Under the pieces are notes generated by a model, which was given only the letters and a program-made list of their open reading frames with translations, was not told where the DNA came from and did not search any database. From the IMG/VR virus record IMGVR_UViG_3300008114_000018: 64,000 nt of DNA; one strand, 5' to 3'. Numbering within the stretch: position 1 is the stretch's first letter; each line of letters begins with the position of its first letter. Shown here piece after piece: positions 21,574 to 31,040 of the stretch. This stretch comes from an uncultured virus (IMG/VR IMGVR_UViG_3300008114_000018). Taxonomy: Duplodnaviria; Heunggongvirae; Uroviricota; Caudoviricetes. The translations under genes and the position numbers were made by a program.

Positions 21574-22464
21574 TTAGACTGAACCGTAATTATGTATGGT
21601 TTTCATTGATTTTTCTATAAGATAGCTTCTTTCCTTACTGGACCTTGCACCAAGTATGACCACATTGAAAAGTTTATTTTCTGAGTTTACTAGCATTGTT
21701 ATACAAAATCCAGCAGCGTTTGTAAAGCCTGTTTTGATAGTCACTATGCCCTCTTTACCGAACATAGTACTTGTAGGTCTAGCACGAATTTTATAAGTTT
21801 TCTTGCCCTTCGTTGCAGTTACGGTTACGTTTTCCATACTTGCTGCTTCACGAAAGATTGTATAATAACTCGCTGCTTTAGTGAGTTGAGTTATGTCTGT
21901 CAGTGTACTTCTATTATTGGCGTCAAGCCCAGTTGGTTCATAAAAAACTGTATTGTGCATGCCGAGTTCTCTAGCATTCTTATTCATCTCATATATGAAT
22001 GCGTCGAACCCGCCTGGATAATTTTGTGCCAATGTCATTGCTGCCAAATTATCACTATGTACTAAACTTAGTTTAACTAAATCTATTCTGGTAAGTTGCA
22101 TACCTTTAGATAATCTAGTATGATTACCTAAACTACTTTGCACTGTGATAACTTCATTTAGATTTTGATTATTTTTAACTACAGTGTATACCGTCATTAA
22201 TTTACTAATGCTGGCAATACTTGATCTGGCATAATTATCTTGGTTACCTTGTACAATAGAATTATCAGTTAGGTTAACTAATAATACATTTGCGGTAGTG
22301 TTGATGTACTTTGGCTGTTGCAATTTTGGTTTGCGTTTTGCCTTTTTGTACACAGATTTATGCACATATTGCTTTTTCTTTACTGGCTTGCGAACTTCTT
22401 TCGCATCGATAGCCGTACTAAAAGCCAATAATAGTGTTGTTAATATTAAAAAAATCTTCTTCAT
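21574..22464 (-). CDS. Peptidase S11 D-Ala-D-Ala carboxy/endopeptidase (PBP7-like)
   Basis: Signal peptide; ASISK (SxxK), SDN and KTG catalytic motifs. Confidence 0.9.
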   Translation of the reverse strand: MKKIFLILTTLLLAFSTAIDAKEVRKPVKKKQYVHKSVYKKAKRKPKLQQPKYINTTANVLLVNLTDNSIVQGNQDNYARSSIASISKLMTVYTVVKNNQNLNEVITVQSSLGNHTRLSKGMQLTRIDLVKLSLVHSDNLAAMTLAQNYPGGFDAFIYEMNKNARELGMHNTVFYEPTGLDANNRSTLTDITQLTKAASYYTIFREAASMENVTVTATKGKKTYKIRARPTSTMFGKEGIVTIKTGFTNAAGFCITMLVNSENKLFNVVILGARSSKERSYLIEKSMKTIHNYGSV

Positions 22465-22717
22465 AGAGTATTTGTCACTATCAAACCCTTATTATAAACG
22501 CATTTTTTACGCATGTCAAACATAAAGGTTTGGTAAAAATATAAATGTTCCGTTGTAATTGTTTAGTGTGTAGGGTTACTGTATTATTACATTCAGTTGC
22601 GCAGAAGAAACAAACAATTACAAACGAAAAAAGGTGTTCTGAAGTACTATATGTACTATAGCTGATGAACCATACAGTAATACTGTCTTAAGTACTATTA
22701 TAATATAAGGATTCACC

Positions 22718-23425
22718 GTGATTAACTTTACAAAGCCCGTTCATTTATATTTTACCCGTGAAGAAGATTTAGAAGAACTATGCACAACAGAAGAACTCAT
22801 ACAGAAGATTGATTCTATGTCTCGACAAGTAATCATGTGTACCAGCTGGTCAGAATTACCTGATAAGCTAAAACTTAATCCACTGTCTATTTGTTTTAAC
22901 TATAGAGAACTAGCACACAGTTCAGCAATGGAAATAGTAAACATGGTTAAAACAATGAGCAAATTAGTTAATTTGCCCTACGAAATAAAACTATCTGTTG
23001 ATGTTGGAAAAGACACCCCCTACAACACAATTAAATTATTACAAAAAAGTGATATTTTAGGAATAATACCTCGTCCTTCTGACTTTGGTTGGGATGAGTG
23101 CTTGAAAGGTGCGAATGCTTTATGGTCAAACATCCCTTACTGGCCTAAACACATACTTGAAAAATTGCCAGGTAATAAGTTAAAAAATACAAATTTACAA
23201 GCGGTCTCAAATCATATTAAATTGACAGCTCGACAACAACAAATTTATTCGTTAGTTTCAACAAGAGGCGCAAGCAATAAAGTTATTGCTAAAACCCTAA
23301 ACATCAGTGAAAGCACAGTTAAGCTTCATGTAAGTGCAATACTCAAAAAATACGGTGTTCGTAATCGTACACAATTAGCAGTATTTGCAGGTAATCATGG
23401 ACTAGTAAAAGCTAGACTTCAGTAG
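22718..23425 (+). CDS. LuxR/NarL-family HTH regulator with divergent N-terminal domain
   Basis: LTARQQQIY...SNKVIAKTLNISESTVKLHVSAILKKYGVRNRTQL. Confidence 0.9.
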   Translation: MINFTKPVHLYFTREEDLEELCTTEELIQKIDSMSRQVIMCTSWSELPDKLKLNPLSICFNYRELAHSSAMEIVNMVKTMSKLVNLPYEIKLSVDVGKDTPYNTIKLLQKSDILGIIPRPSDFGWDECLKGANALWSNIPYWPKHILEKLPGNKLKNTNLQAVSNHIKLTARQQQIYSLVSTRGASNKVIAKTLNISESTVKLHVSAILKKYGVRNRTQLAVFAGNHGLVKARLQ

Positions 23426-23474
23426 TAAATCTATAGTACTGCCCAAAACAACATTCTATTCTTTAAATATTTTT

Positions 23475-23509
23475 ACAGCGAGTGAAAGGTTCATTCGCTG
23501 TAGTTTTTT
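23475..23509 (+). terminator. Hairpin plus T-run after the LuxR gene
   Basis: ACAGCGAGTGAA-AGG-TTCATTCGCTGT followed by AGTTTTTT. Confidence 0.6.
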
Positions 23510-23536
23510 CATTTTAATTAGAATAGGAATAATAAA

Positions 23537-24142
23537 ATGGCAATTGAAGATATGGTAAATGATGTTCGTTTTGAACAACAAGCTCAAGCCTCTGAAATTA
23601 TCAAAGAGGGATTAAAAGAATCTTACAACACCCAAGGAGCAATTAAAGACTCTCGTTTTGATTTAAATGCTCGTATAGGTAGCTTAGGCGACCTGGTAGA
23701 TAACCGCTTCTTTGATGTTGGTCGTGATACGCAAGATATTCGTGCGCAAATCATCTCAGCACAACAAGCAATGGTAACAGGGTTTTTAGGTTCTCAGAAA
23801 GATGCTGAAATCAATGCACTTAGAACACAAGTTGAACTATCTAAGCAAACAACTTATCTAAGCGATAAGATTGATGCTGGTAATGCAAAAACCCAAGACT
23901 TAATCAATGCATTAAGACAAGCCGACCAAGATCGTTATTTAATAGAGCGCAACACTGAATTAGTTGCTGCACTAGATGATAATCGTTTTTGGAGACATCG
24001 TTGGGACGATGGTCAATGGCAATCATTGAACACACGCCTACAGGCTTTTCAAAGTGATTTAGCTGATACTCGTCAGGGTATGGTTAACTTTGGTACAATG
24101 GCAGGTGTTGGTCAATCATCAACACAAAATCAGGTTCGCTAA
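23537..24142 (+). CDS. Hypothetical helical protein
   Basis: 201-aa ORF with SD; followed by hairpin AAGGGCAG-GCAA-CTGCCCTT. Confidence 0.7.
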   Translation: MAIEDMVNDVRFEQQAQASEIIKEGLKESYNTQGAIKDSRFDLNARIGSLGDLVDNRFFDVGRDTQDIRAQIISAQQAMVTGFLGSQKDAEINALRTQVELSKQTTYLSDKIDAGNAKTQDLINALRQADQDRYLIERNTELVAALDDNRFWRHRWDDGQWQSLNTRLQAFQSDLADTRQGMVNFGTMAGVGQSSTQNQVR

Positions 24143-24185
24143 TTATACCTGTAAGGGCAGGCAACTGCCCTTCTTTGTACATACT

Positions 24186-24746
24186 ATGAATCCTCTAGAC
24201 AGAAAACTAATAGAAATTTATAATTATCTTCATAGATTACAATCTGAAGATTATATGTACGCCATACAGGCATTACAATACGCTGAAAACTATAATACTA
24301 ATGGGAGCGATATAATAAATGTCGAATCAAACATTCCCGGACCCCCAGGGCCACCAGGACCTCAAGGACCTCAAGGACCGAGTGGACCACCTGGAGAACA
24401 AGGCCCTAAAGGTGAACCAGGACCTCCAGGACCTATTGGCCCACCTGGAGAGTGTGCTTGCAAATGCAAGGCAATTTTGGTATCGCAAGACTATGTTGCT
24501 ACATTGGATGATAATTATATTGGTGTTAATAGTACTGGACCGGTTACTATCACACTTCCCGCAAATTGTACAGATTGCTGCCAAATTACTGTGAAAGCAG
24601 AAATGGGACCGCCACTAGGAAATCGTAAAATAACAATCAACACAATCGATGAAGCCACTATAGACGGAGATGACGATTACGTAATGAGTATTCCATACGA
24701 ATCTGTTCAATTAATCTGTAGGGGTGGAAACTGGCACATAATATAA
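24186..24746 (+). CDS. Collagen-like protein with C-terminal fibre-type domain
   Basis: 13 consecutive G-X-Y triplets, then CACKC; ATG at 24186 preferred over the TTG at 24090. Confidence 0.8.
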   Translation: MNPLDRKLIEIYNYLHRLQSEDYMYAIQALQYAENYNTNGSDIINVESNIPGPPGPPGPQGPQGPSGPPGEQGPKGEPGPPGPIGPPGECACKCKAILVSQDYVATLDDNYIGVNSTGPVTITLPANCTDCCQITVKAEMGPPLGNRKITINTIDEATIDGDDDYVMSIPYESVQLICRGGNWHII

Positions 24747-24757
24747 AGGAGCTAAAA

Positions 24758-24985
24758 ATGGATTATTATAGTTATTACAAATACACAAGACCACATGATT
24801 ATGATTACTATGGATATCGTAGATACCCATATAGATATTACCCAATACATAGACCGTATCCATATTACTACGGAGGATATGGAGGCATCTATGGTAGTAA
24901 CATATCAAGCATAAATCAAAGTTTAATAAATTCTGGTTCGATGAGCAATGTTTATCAAAATGCTTTAATAAATCAATTAAGATAA
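24758..24985 (+). CDS. Small Tyr-rich protein
   Basis: AAGGAG SD; N-terminal half is dominated by Tyr, Pro, Arg and Gly. Confidence 0.7.
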   Translation: MDYYSYYKYTRPHDYDYYGYRRYPYRYYPIHRPYPYYYGGYGGIYGSNISSINQSLINSGSMSNVYQNALINQLR

Positions 24986-25000
24986 AAAAGGATAACAAGA

Positions 25001-25738
25001 ATGTCATACCTTTCAAACCCAACAAGTAAAACAGAATATGGTGTAGTACAAGTAGGTGATTTCATTAATGTACTTGATGGTATCATTTCATTAGAGCAAG
25101 ACTTAGGCCCTAATGCTAATGTTACATTCAACAACGCTAATGTAACCAATCAATTAACTACACTAAACGCTAATGTAACAAACAATTTATATGCAGCAGG
25201 AAATTTAGTTTTAACTGCCGTAGACCCTAATGCAGGAGATGGCATCAACATTTCTAATGTAGGTACTAATGGCTACACTTCATTCTTTACCGTAACTAAC
25301 ACAGGTGTACTAAGCCTGGCAAACGGTGCAGGTATATCAACATCAAGCGGTAACGGTAATGTAACTATAACTAACACCGGTGTGTTAAGTTTAACAGCAG
25401 GTCCTGGTATTAGTTTAACAGGAGCTACTGGTAATATTACTATATCTGCGACTGGAGCAGACCTAATTAGTGTACTAGGTGTTACTGGTAACTACACTGC
25501 TACACTCAATGACGAATACATCGGGGTGTACAGTGCTGCAGCCGTTACTATCACACTACCAACAGGAGTCAACGGTCGTGTGTACTACATCAAAGATGAA
25601 TATGGACAAGGTAGCGGTAAGATAACTATTCAACCACAAGCTGGTGAAAAGGTTGATAATAAAACTAATTACGTTATCAGTGTGCCTAACCAAAGTGTCA
25701 ATGTGGTGTTTCGTGCTGGATCTTGGTGGATAATTTAA
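25001..25738 (+). CDS. Fibre-like protein; C-terminal domain paralogous to 24186-24746
   Basis: NTGVLSL.AG.GIS repeats; shared YIGV...VTITLP...KITI...W.II domain. Confidence 0.75.
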   Translation: MSYLSNPTSKTEYGVVQVGDFINVLDGIISLEQDLGPNANVTFNNANVTNQLTTLNANVTNNLYAAGNLVLTAVDPNAGDGINISNVGTNGYTSFFTVTNTGVLSLANGAGISTSSGNGNVTITNTGVLSLTAGPGISLTGATGNITISATGADLISVLGVTGNYTATLNDEYIGVYSAAAVTITLPTGVNGRVYYIKDEYGQGSGKITIQPQAGEKVDNKTNYVISVPNQSVNVVFRAGSWWII

Positions 25739-25750
25739 TTGAGGTTATAA

Positions 25751-26233
25751 ATGTCACTTTTAAGTAATTTAACTCCCATGACGAAAGAAAGACTAGAATT
25801 GTTAAGAATGGCAAAAGAAATGCTTTTCAATGAATACATTGACAGAAAAGCACAACTTCATAATACATGGTTAACAGAGGCAGATGTTGCTTGGAAAACA
25901 AGAAGGGTAAGAATTCCTTACCCCGCATTTCCTCCCTACCCTGACAACGAAATAATTATTGCTAAAGCAATACAATTAGAAAGATTTTTGAGTAGTCAGG
26001 AAAAAGAAGAAACACCTGTCGAAAATAAACAACCAGAAGTTCAGGTGCAAGTGGAAACAGTTGAACCTAAAATAATAGAAACCAAAACAGTTGAAGAAGT
26101 AAAAGAAGAAAAGGTTTCTAGTATAGTACCAACTATATTAGAAGAAAATGCGTATTTCAAGAATGGAGAAGATTCTAAAGAAATATTAGCTGATAAACCA
26201 AGTTTGTTACCAAACTGGTTCGCAAGAAAATAA
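25751..26233 (+). CDS. Hypothetical phage protein
   Basis: RLELLRMAKEML...YP...II.KA..L..F N-terminal domain; acidic tail. Confidence 0.65.
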   Translation: MSLLSNLTPMTKERLELLRMAKEMLFNEYIDRKAQLHNTWLTEADVAWKTRRVRIPYPAFPPYPDNEIIIAKAIQLERFLSSQEKEETPVENKQPEVQVQVETVEPKIIETKTVEEVKEEKVSSIVPTILEENAYFKNGEDSKEILADKPSLLPNWFARK

Positions 26234-26242
26234 GGAGATAAC

Positions 26243-26410
26243 ATGTACAAAAAAATCACACATTATATTATAGAAGAACATTTTGACGGTGCTAACGCAA
26301 TTGTAGACAAAATGTTTGCCGAAACAGGTAACAATGTCGCTAATACGACAGTCACAACGACAACTACCACAACGGAAACACCGGAGGAAGGCCTAAAAAA
26401 AAGTTCATAG
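26243..26410 (+). CDS. 55-aa Thr-rich ORF (absent from the track)
   Basis: AAGGAG SD, MYKKITHYIIEEHFDG...TTTTTTTETPEEGLKKSS; ends just after an A8 run. Confidence 0.75.
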   Translation: MYKKITHYIIEEHFDGANAIVDKMFAETGNNVANTTVTTTTTTTETPEEGLKKSS

Positions 26411-27129
26411 TAAAGCCTAGTCTTCCGGATGATAGAGATCATATTTACGTACCTATTGGTGGAACTATTCCTGATAGGTTTACTATTAAAAATTTTGATA
26501 GTCCCGTAGACAACCAATGGGAACTAGGTAGTTGTAGTGCAAATGCTTTAGTCAATGCATATGAAAATCTAGTTAATCAATTACATCCAACTAAAGCCGA
26601 AGAGTTAAGTAGGCTTTTTGTTTATTACAATACAAGGGCACTTCACGAAAATGTTACGGTTGACAGTGGTGCCTATCTTAGAGATACAGTCAAAGCTGTT
26701 GAATCATACGGCATATGTACAGAAGATTATTGGCCATACACTCCTTATAGGTTTGATCAAAAGCCAAGCACGACTGCATATAATGATGCTAGACAAAGAA
26801 AACTGAAAAATTATAAAAGAGTATCAACTGTTGATTCTGTTATAGATGCATTGGCTCATAAAAAACCTGTAGTATTTGGTACAACAATATACGGTGATTT
26901 TTTAAATCTTAATAGTTATAGTTCAACACTTGTAGAACCTACAACTAATGACATTAGTTTAGGTGGTCACGCTATGTGTTTTGTAGCATATGATAAACCT
27001 AATAAATTATTTAAAGCTAAAAATAGTTTTGGAAAACGATGGGGAGATGAGGGATATTGTTATATACCTTTTGACTATATAACAAACTACGGATATGATA
27101 TGTGGGTGTTTGACTTAGATATGATGTAG
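26401..27129 (+). CDS. Papain-like C1A cysteine peptidase, open frame with no canonical start before the catalytic Cys
   Basis: Frame open 26344-27129; NQWELGSCSA, GGHAM and KNSFG catalytic motifs; first ATG/GTG/TTG is at 26851. Confidence 0.85.
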   Translation, partial: KFIVKPSLPDDRDHIYVPIGGTIPDRFTIKNFDSPVDNQWELGSCSANALVNAYENLVNQLHPTKAEELSRLFVYYNTRALHENVTVDSGAYLRDTVKAVESYGICTEDYWPYTPYRFDQKPSTTAYNDARQRKLKNYKRVSTVDSVIDALAHKKPVVFGTTIYGDFLNLNSYSSTLVEPTTNDISLGGHAMCFVAYDKPNKLFKAKNSFGKRWGDEGYCYIPFDYITNYGYDMWVFDLDMM

Positions 27130-27130
27130 T

Positions 27131-27207
27131 TGGTCGGAGTACGAGGATTCGAACCTCGGACCCCCTGCTCCCAAAGCAGGTGCACTACCAGGCTGTGCTA
27201 TACTCCG
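27131..27207 (-). tRNA. tRNA-Pro(TGG)
   Basis: Cloverleaf, TTCGAAT T-loop, encoded CCA. Confidence 0.95.
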
Positions 27208-27211
27208 AAAC

Positions 27212-27285
27212 TGGTTGCGGGACCCGGAATCGAACCAGGAACTGGAGCTTATGAGACTCCCGAGATGCCGTTTCTCTATCCCGCG
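27212..27285 (-). tRNA. Initiator tRNA-fMet(CAT)
   Basis: CGCGGG 5' end with C1:A72 mismatch; CAT anticodon. Confidence 0.9.
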
Positions 27286-27292
27286 TCTGTTA

Positions 27293-27565
27293 TTAACCTG
27301 TTCTATGAATGATGTGAAAACCAAACTGAGTTTGCACAGGCTCACTTACTTGTCCTATTTCTAATGCGTAAGTAGCATCTTCAAAGGGCTTAACCATTTG
27401 ACCTTTACCAAACAAACCTAAATCACCACCATTCTGTCCACTAGGACATCTTGAAACTTGTTTTGCCATAGTTGCGAAATCAGCAGCTTGGCTTAGTAGT
27501 TGACTCTTTATCATGTTTGCTTGTTCTAAATTTTCTACTAAAATATGACTTGCACGAACTTGCAT
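27293..27565 (-). CDS. ppiC: Parvulin peptidyl-prolyl isomerase
   Basis: ASHILV...CPSGQNGGDLG.F..GQMVKPFE...TQFGFHII. Confidence 0.92.
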   Translation of the reverse strand: MQVRASHILVENLEQANMIKSQLLSQAADFATMAKQVSRCPSGQNGGDLGLFGKGQMVKPFEDATYALEIGQVSEPVQTQFGFHIIHRTG

Positions 27566-27584
27566 AATTTATCCTTGTATGTTA

Positions 27585-27780
27585 GTGTAAGGCTACTCGC
27601 TCCCACAAGCCCCTTACTGAGTTGTTGCCCTGTCCACTACATTTCTCTTTTGGTAAGGTGTAGTTCCAACCTACGACTTTTCTGGCACCCATGTAAGCGG
27701 GTTCTGAGGCAGATCGTATGCGCCCTGGCTTTCTGGTTTGCCAACCACCCCCATTTCATAACGCAGATGGGACTACGGGA
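27585..27780 (-). ncRNA. Structured ~200-nt ncRNA candidate, copy 1
   Basis: GC-rich multi-hairpin sequence directly 3' of tRNA-Cys; shares a 17-mer and stem order with 37834-38053. Confidence 0.7.
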
Positions 27781-27784
27781 TACT

Positions 27785-27862
27785 TGGAGCAACGGGTGAG
27801 ATTCGAACTCACGGCTTTAGGGTTTTGCAGACCCTTGCATTGGGCCTCTCTGCCACCGTTGC
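27785..27862 (-). tRNA. tRNA-Cys(GCA)
   Basis: Cloverleaf with CCA. Confidence 0.92.
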
Positions 27863-28076
27863 ATTATTTCAATAGTTCAATCAACCTTTGCTTTGATTCT
27901 TCTGTCAAGAATAATTCACACTTTACCTGATCGTGTGGGAACTTTGCAACGTCCCAATGTGTATAGATTCTTAACACTTGAAAATTACTTGGGGTATCAC
28001 AATTCTGTAACTCTGCATATGTTTTAAATCCATCATTCTCATTCAACAAAATTTTCATTGTAATATCCTTATTGTT

Positions 28077-28150
28077 TGGCGTCCCGGCAGGGATTTGAAC
28101 CCCGACCAACGGTTTTGGAGACCGGTATGCTGCCGTTACACTACCGAGAC
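28077..28150 (-). tRNA. tRNA-Trp(CCA)
   Basis: Cloverleaf with CCA. Confidence 0.92.
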
Positions 28151-28158
28151 ATTATACT

Positions 28159-28362
28159 TTACTTGTACTTACTAAGATACTCTTTTGGGTTTATTAAACC
28201 CTGTTCGATTTCATTTAATGCAGTTACTACAGGTTTATCTTTGGTGACTATTTTAGGGGCATGTCCTGAACGTAATTCACGCACCCTAGCACTAGCGATT
28301 AAAACTAAATCATATAAGCCACCTGCTTTTTTTGCTGCTACTTCTGATGTTCTACCTTTCAT
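28159..28362 (-). CDS. rpoZ: RNA polymerase omega subunit homolog
   Basis: YDLVLIASARVREL..GH.P....KDKPVVTALNEIEQG. Confidence 0.85.
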   Translation of the reverse strand: MKGRTSEVAAKKAGGLYDLVLIASARVRELRSGHAPKIVTKDKPVVTALNEIEQGLINPKEYLSKYK

Positions 28363-28381
28363 ATTACTTCCTTATGATGTT

Positions 28382-28456
28382 TGGTAGGGGATAACGGGGT
28401 CGAACCATTGACCTTCGCCTTGTAAGGGCGCTGCTCTACCACTGAGCTAATCCCCT
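28382..28456 (-). tRNA. tRNA-Val(TAC)
   Basis: Cloverleaf with CCA. Confidence 0.93.
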
Positions 28457-28731
28457 AGTATTTTTTATTAGGTACGAAATTCTCTATCGGTTGATAGATA
28501 TTTAAGTGAAGTGATTAAAAATTAATCTGAGACTTTTTCAATTCTTACGGACAAATCTTCTTGGGTCAAGAATTTGCTTGGTAGAGTATTGTTATCTCTT
28601 TCAGCAATGATTCCGTCAGTGACAGACTTAGGATTATATCTTTCCTGACCTGTTAAGTCCATAGACTTGTAAAAAATTTCGTTAATGTAGACATTGATTT
28701 TCATATAACTATTTATCACTTTACATTAAAA

Positions 28732-28814
28732 TGGTGCGCATAGAGGGACTCGAACCCCCACCCGTTGAGACCAGAACCTAAATCTGGCGCGTCTACCAAT
28801 TTCGCCATATGCGC
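28732..28814 (-). tRNA. tRNA-Leu(TAG)
   Basis: Long variable arm, CCA. Confidence 0.93.
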
Positions 28815-28822
28815 ATAATACT

Positions 28823-28906
28823 TGGTGCCCAGAGCCGGACTCGAACCGGCACGCCTTGCAGCGAGGGATTTTAAGTCCCTTGTGTCTACCATTTCACCAC
28901 CTGGGC
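28823..28906 (-). tRNA. tRNA-Leu(TAA)
   Basis: Long variable arm, CCA. Confidence 0.93.
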
Positions 28907-28915
28907 ATTCTAACT

Positions 28916-28990
28916 TGGAGCGGGTGACAGGGATCGAACCTGCGACGAACAGCTTGGAAGGCTGACACTCTACCACTGAGTTACACCCGC
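28916..28990 (-). tRNA. tRNA-Gly(TCC)
   Basis: Cloverleaf with CCA. Confidence 0.95.
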
Positions 28991-28999
28991 ATTACATCT

Positions 29000-29076
29000 T
29001 GGTGCCTCCGAAGGGACTCGAACCCCTAACCAACGGATTATGAGTCCGCTGCTCTGACCGATTGAGCTACAGAGGC
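29000..29076 (-). tRNA. tRNA with CAT anticodon (Ile2 or Met)
   Basis: Cloverleaf; amino-acid identity cannot be settled by eye. Confidence 0.88.
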
Positions 29077-29383
29077 AATTTAATTTGTTTTTAAAGAACG
29101 ATTTCAATATGTGTATTATACTGCTAAAAACTTTATTTGTCAACAGTTAAACAAAATCATCTGACCCAAAATACTCTGCTACTTTTTCTCTTGCTTCTTT
29201 TCTATTCAGTGCAGGAATCTTTACTGTAGCAATATTATTTTTTATTTTGATGTTAAAAGGAACTATACCATTTGGTGTCCAGTTATCTTCAACACGAACC
29301 TTAACAGTAAATTCTTTAAGGTTCATTAATCTTTCAATTACTTGTTGCGTTAAATCTGATGGACTTTGCATAGTTAAGTTAAA

Positions 29384-29458
29384 TGGTGCTGGCAGTAGGA
29401 ATCGAACCCACAACCTACTGATTACAAATCAGTTGCTCTACCGTTGAGCCATGCCAGC
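29384..29458 (-). tRNA. tRNA-Thr(TGT)
   Basis: Cloverleaf with CCA. Confidence 0.93.
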
Positions 29459-29650
29459 GTATTCTGTATTACTTAGTCCTACTTGCAATCGCACGTTGAA
29501 TTTTCATACGATGCTTTGGTCTACATGTTTCAAGCATTTTGGTAAGTTGTTCTACATTAAGTGGACCTAATTTAGTCTTACCTGTTTTTGTTTTCATTGG
29601 ATCACGTTTAAAATCTTTTTTTGCACTCATATATCCTCACATAAAAAACT

Positions 29651-29726
29651 TGGCTCCGGTGGTAGGGCACGATCCTACGACATACGGATTAACAGTCCGC
29701 CGTTCTACCAACTGAACTACACCGGA
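29651..29726 (-). tRNA. tRNA-Asn(GTT)
   Basis: Cloverleaf; atypical T-loop ATCGTGC. Confidence 0.88.
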
Positions 29727-29755
29727 ATTGACTCTATTCTAACAGTTAAAATTCT

Positions 29756-29849
29756 TGGCGAAGAGTATTGGATTCGAACCAATGATCCGGCTTTTGACCA
29801 GATGCCTTCTTAGCAGGAAGGTGCCTTCGACCAACTCGGCCAACTCTCC
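29756..29849 (-). tRNA. tRNA-Ser(GCT)
   Basis: Long variable arm, GCCA end. Confidence 0.92.
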
Positions 29850-30452
29850 TTAAAACTTAATACTTCTCTGTAATCTTTTCTATTCTATCAAAACTTTGTT
29901 TCAATGTCAATTCATATCTAACCTGATTAAGGTTAATTGCATAAATTATATAGACACCATAAACAAACAATGCACCTAATATAGTCCAGCCAATTTGCTC
30001 ACTATCAAGTGTTAGTAAAAAAGCAATTAGCAAAGGAGCAACTGTTGCTAATACAACCATTATTAATGTTCTTTTTAGTGCAATTAATTTTTCATTCATA
30101 ACAATTCCTTATTGTATATCAAACAGGATTTATTGTCAACTGTTTTCTTTGTTGTCATCTTTGTAAAACTTTTCCTGTTTATGTTTCTTTTCTTGCAACG
30201 TTTCTTCACCGAAAAACTTTCGAGGATTACCGCACATATAACACTTTGGATCTCCGCAATTAAAAATCTTTGTTTTGTGGCTACGATGTGGTTGCGTCAT
30301 AAACGGCATTTTGCTCATAGCAGAACTAAGCTTGTGATATCCATAATTCTTAGCTAATTGTAACTGTCTTTTTATCTTTGTTGCTTTTTGATGGAGTCTC
30401 TCACTGTGTCTAATTTTATCTGATTCATCTGACATACACCCTCCTTAACATT

Positions 30453-30543
30453 TGGCGGAAGCGGACGGAGTCGAACCCTCAAGGGCCTATTAAGCCTCAA
30501 CTGTTTTCAAGACAGGTACCATCGCCAATTGGTTTGCGCTTCC
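30453..30543 (-). tRNA. tRNA-Ser(TGA)
   Basis: GGAAGCG/CGCTTCC acceptor, long variable arm; 5' half overlaps the HNH ORF. Confidence 0.88.
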
Positions 30544-30982
30544 TTTTGTTTCTTGATTTATAAGTTGGTAATTGGGAATCACAATTACTACAAACAAATC
30601 TTAAATTTTCTATCCTATTATCATTGTTTATGCCGTTTATGTGATCTAGTATTAATGTCATTGGCTTACCTTGCCACATTGGTTCTATACCACAAATACC
30701 ACAAACATAATCAATTAATTTTTTTGCTTTTATCCTTGCTTTAACACTATGTCTAGAATAACTAGAATTTTCACAAAACACAACATCATCTGGGTATTTT
30801 TGATCGTAATGTTCGGGTCTGCCTGTTTTTAATCCTAAGTTCCATGGTTTAGCACCTTTTTTTCTACCTGCATTTGGTGAATGAAAATGCTTTATTTTGT
30901 TAGGATTATTAACACACGACATTTCATGTGCTTTTAGTGAACCTTTGTTTTTAATTTCTCTTTGACAATATGTGCAATTCAT
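30497..30982 (-). mobile_element. Free-standing HNH homing endonuclease
   Basis: CGIC...LILDHINGINNDNRIENLRFVCSNCDS; N-terminal CxxC-H zinc finger. Confidence 0.85.
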
Positions 30983-31040
30983 AATAGTATCCTCTACTAT
31001 TATTTATGCTTTAACGCAAAAAATCGTCAAATAGCTGCGT

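Noticed and set aside
26851..27129. 92-aa ORF as the complete gene
   Set aside because: It is only the C-terminal part of the C1A peptidase and lacks the catalytic Cys
30453..30982. Group I intron in tRNA-Ser
   Set aside because: The tRNA is contiguous and no intron core elements or room for them are visible
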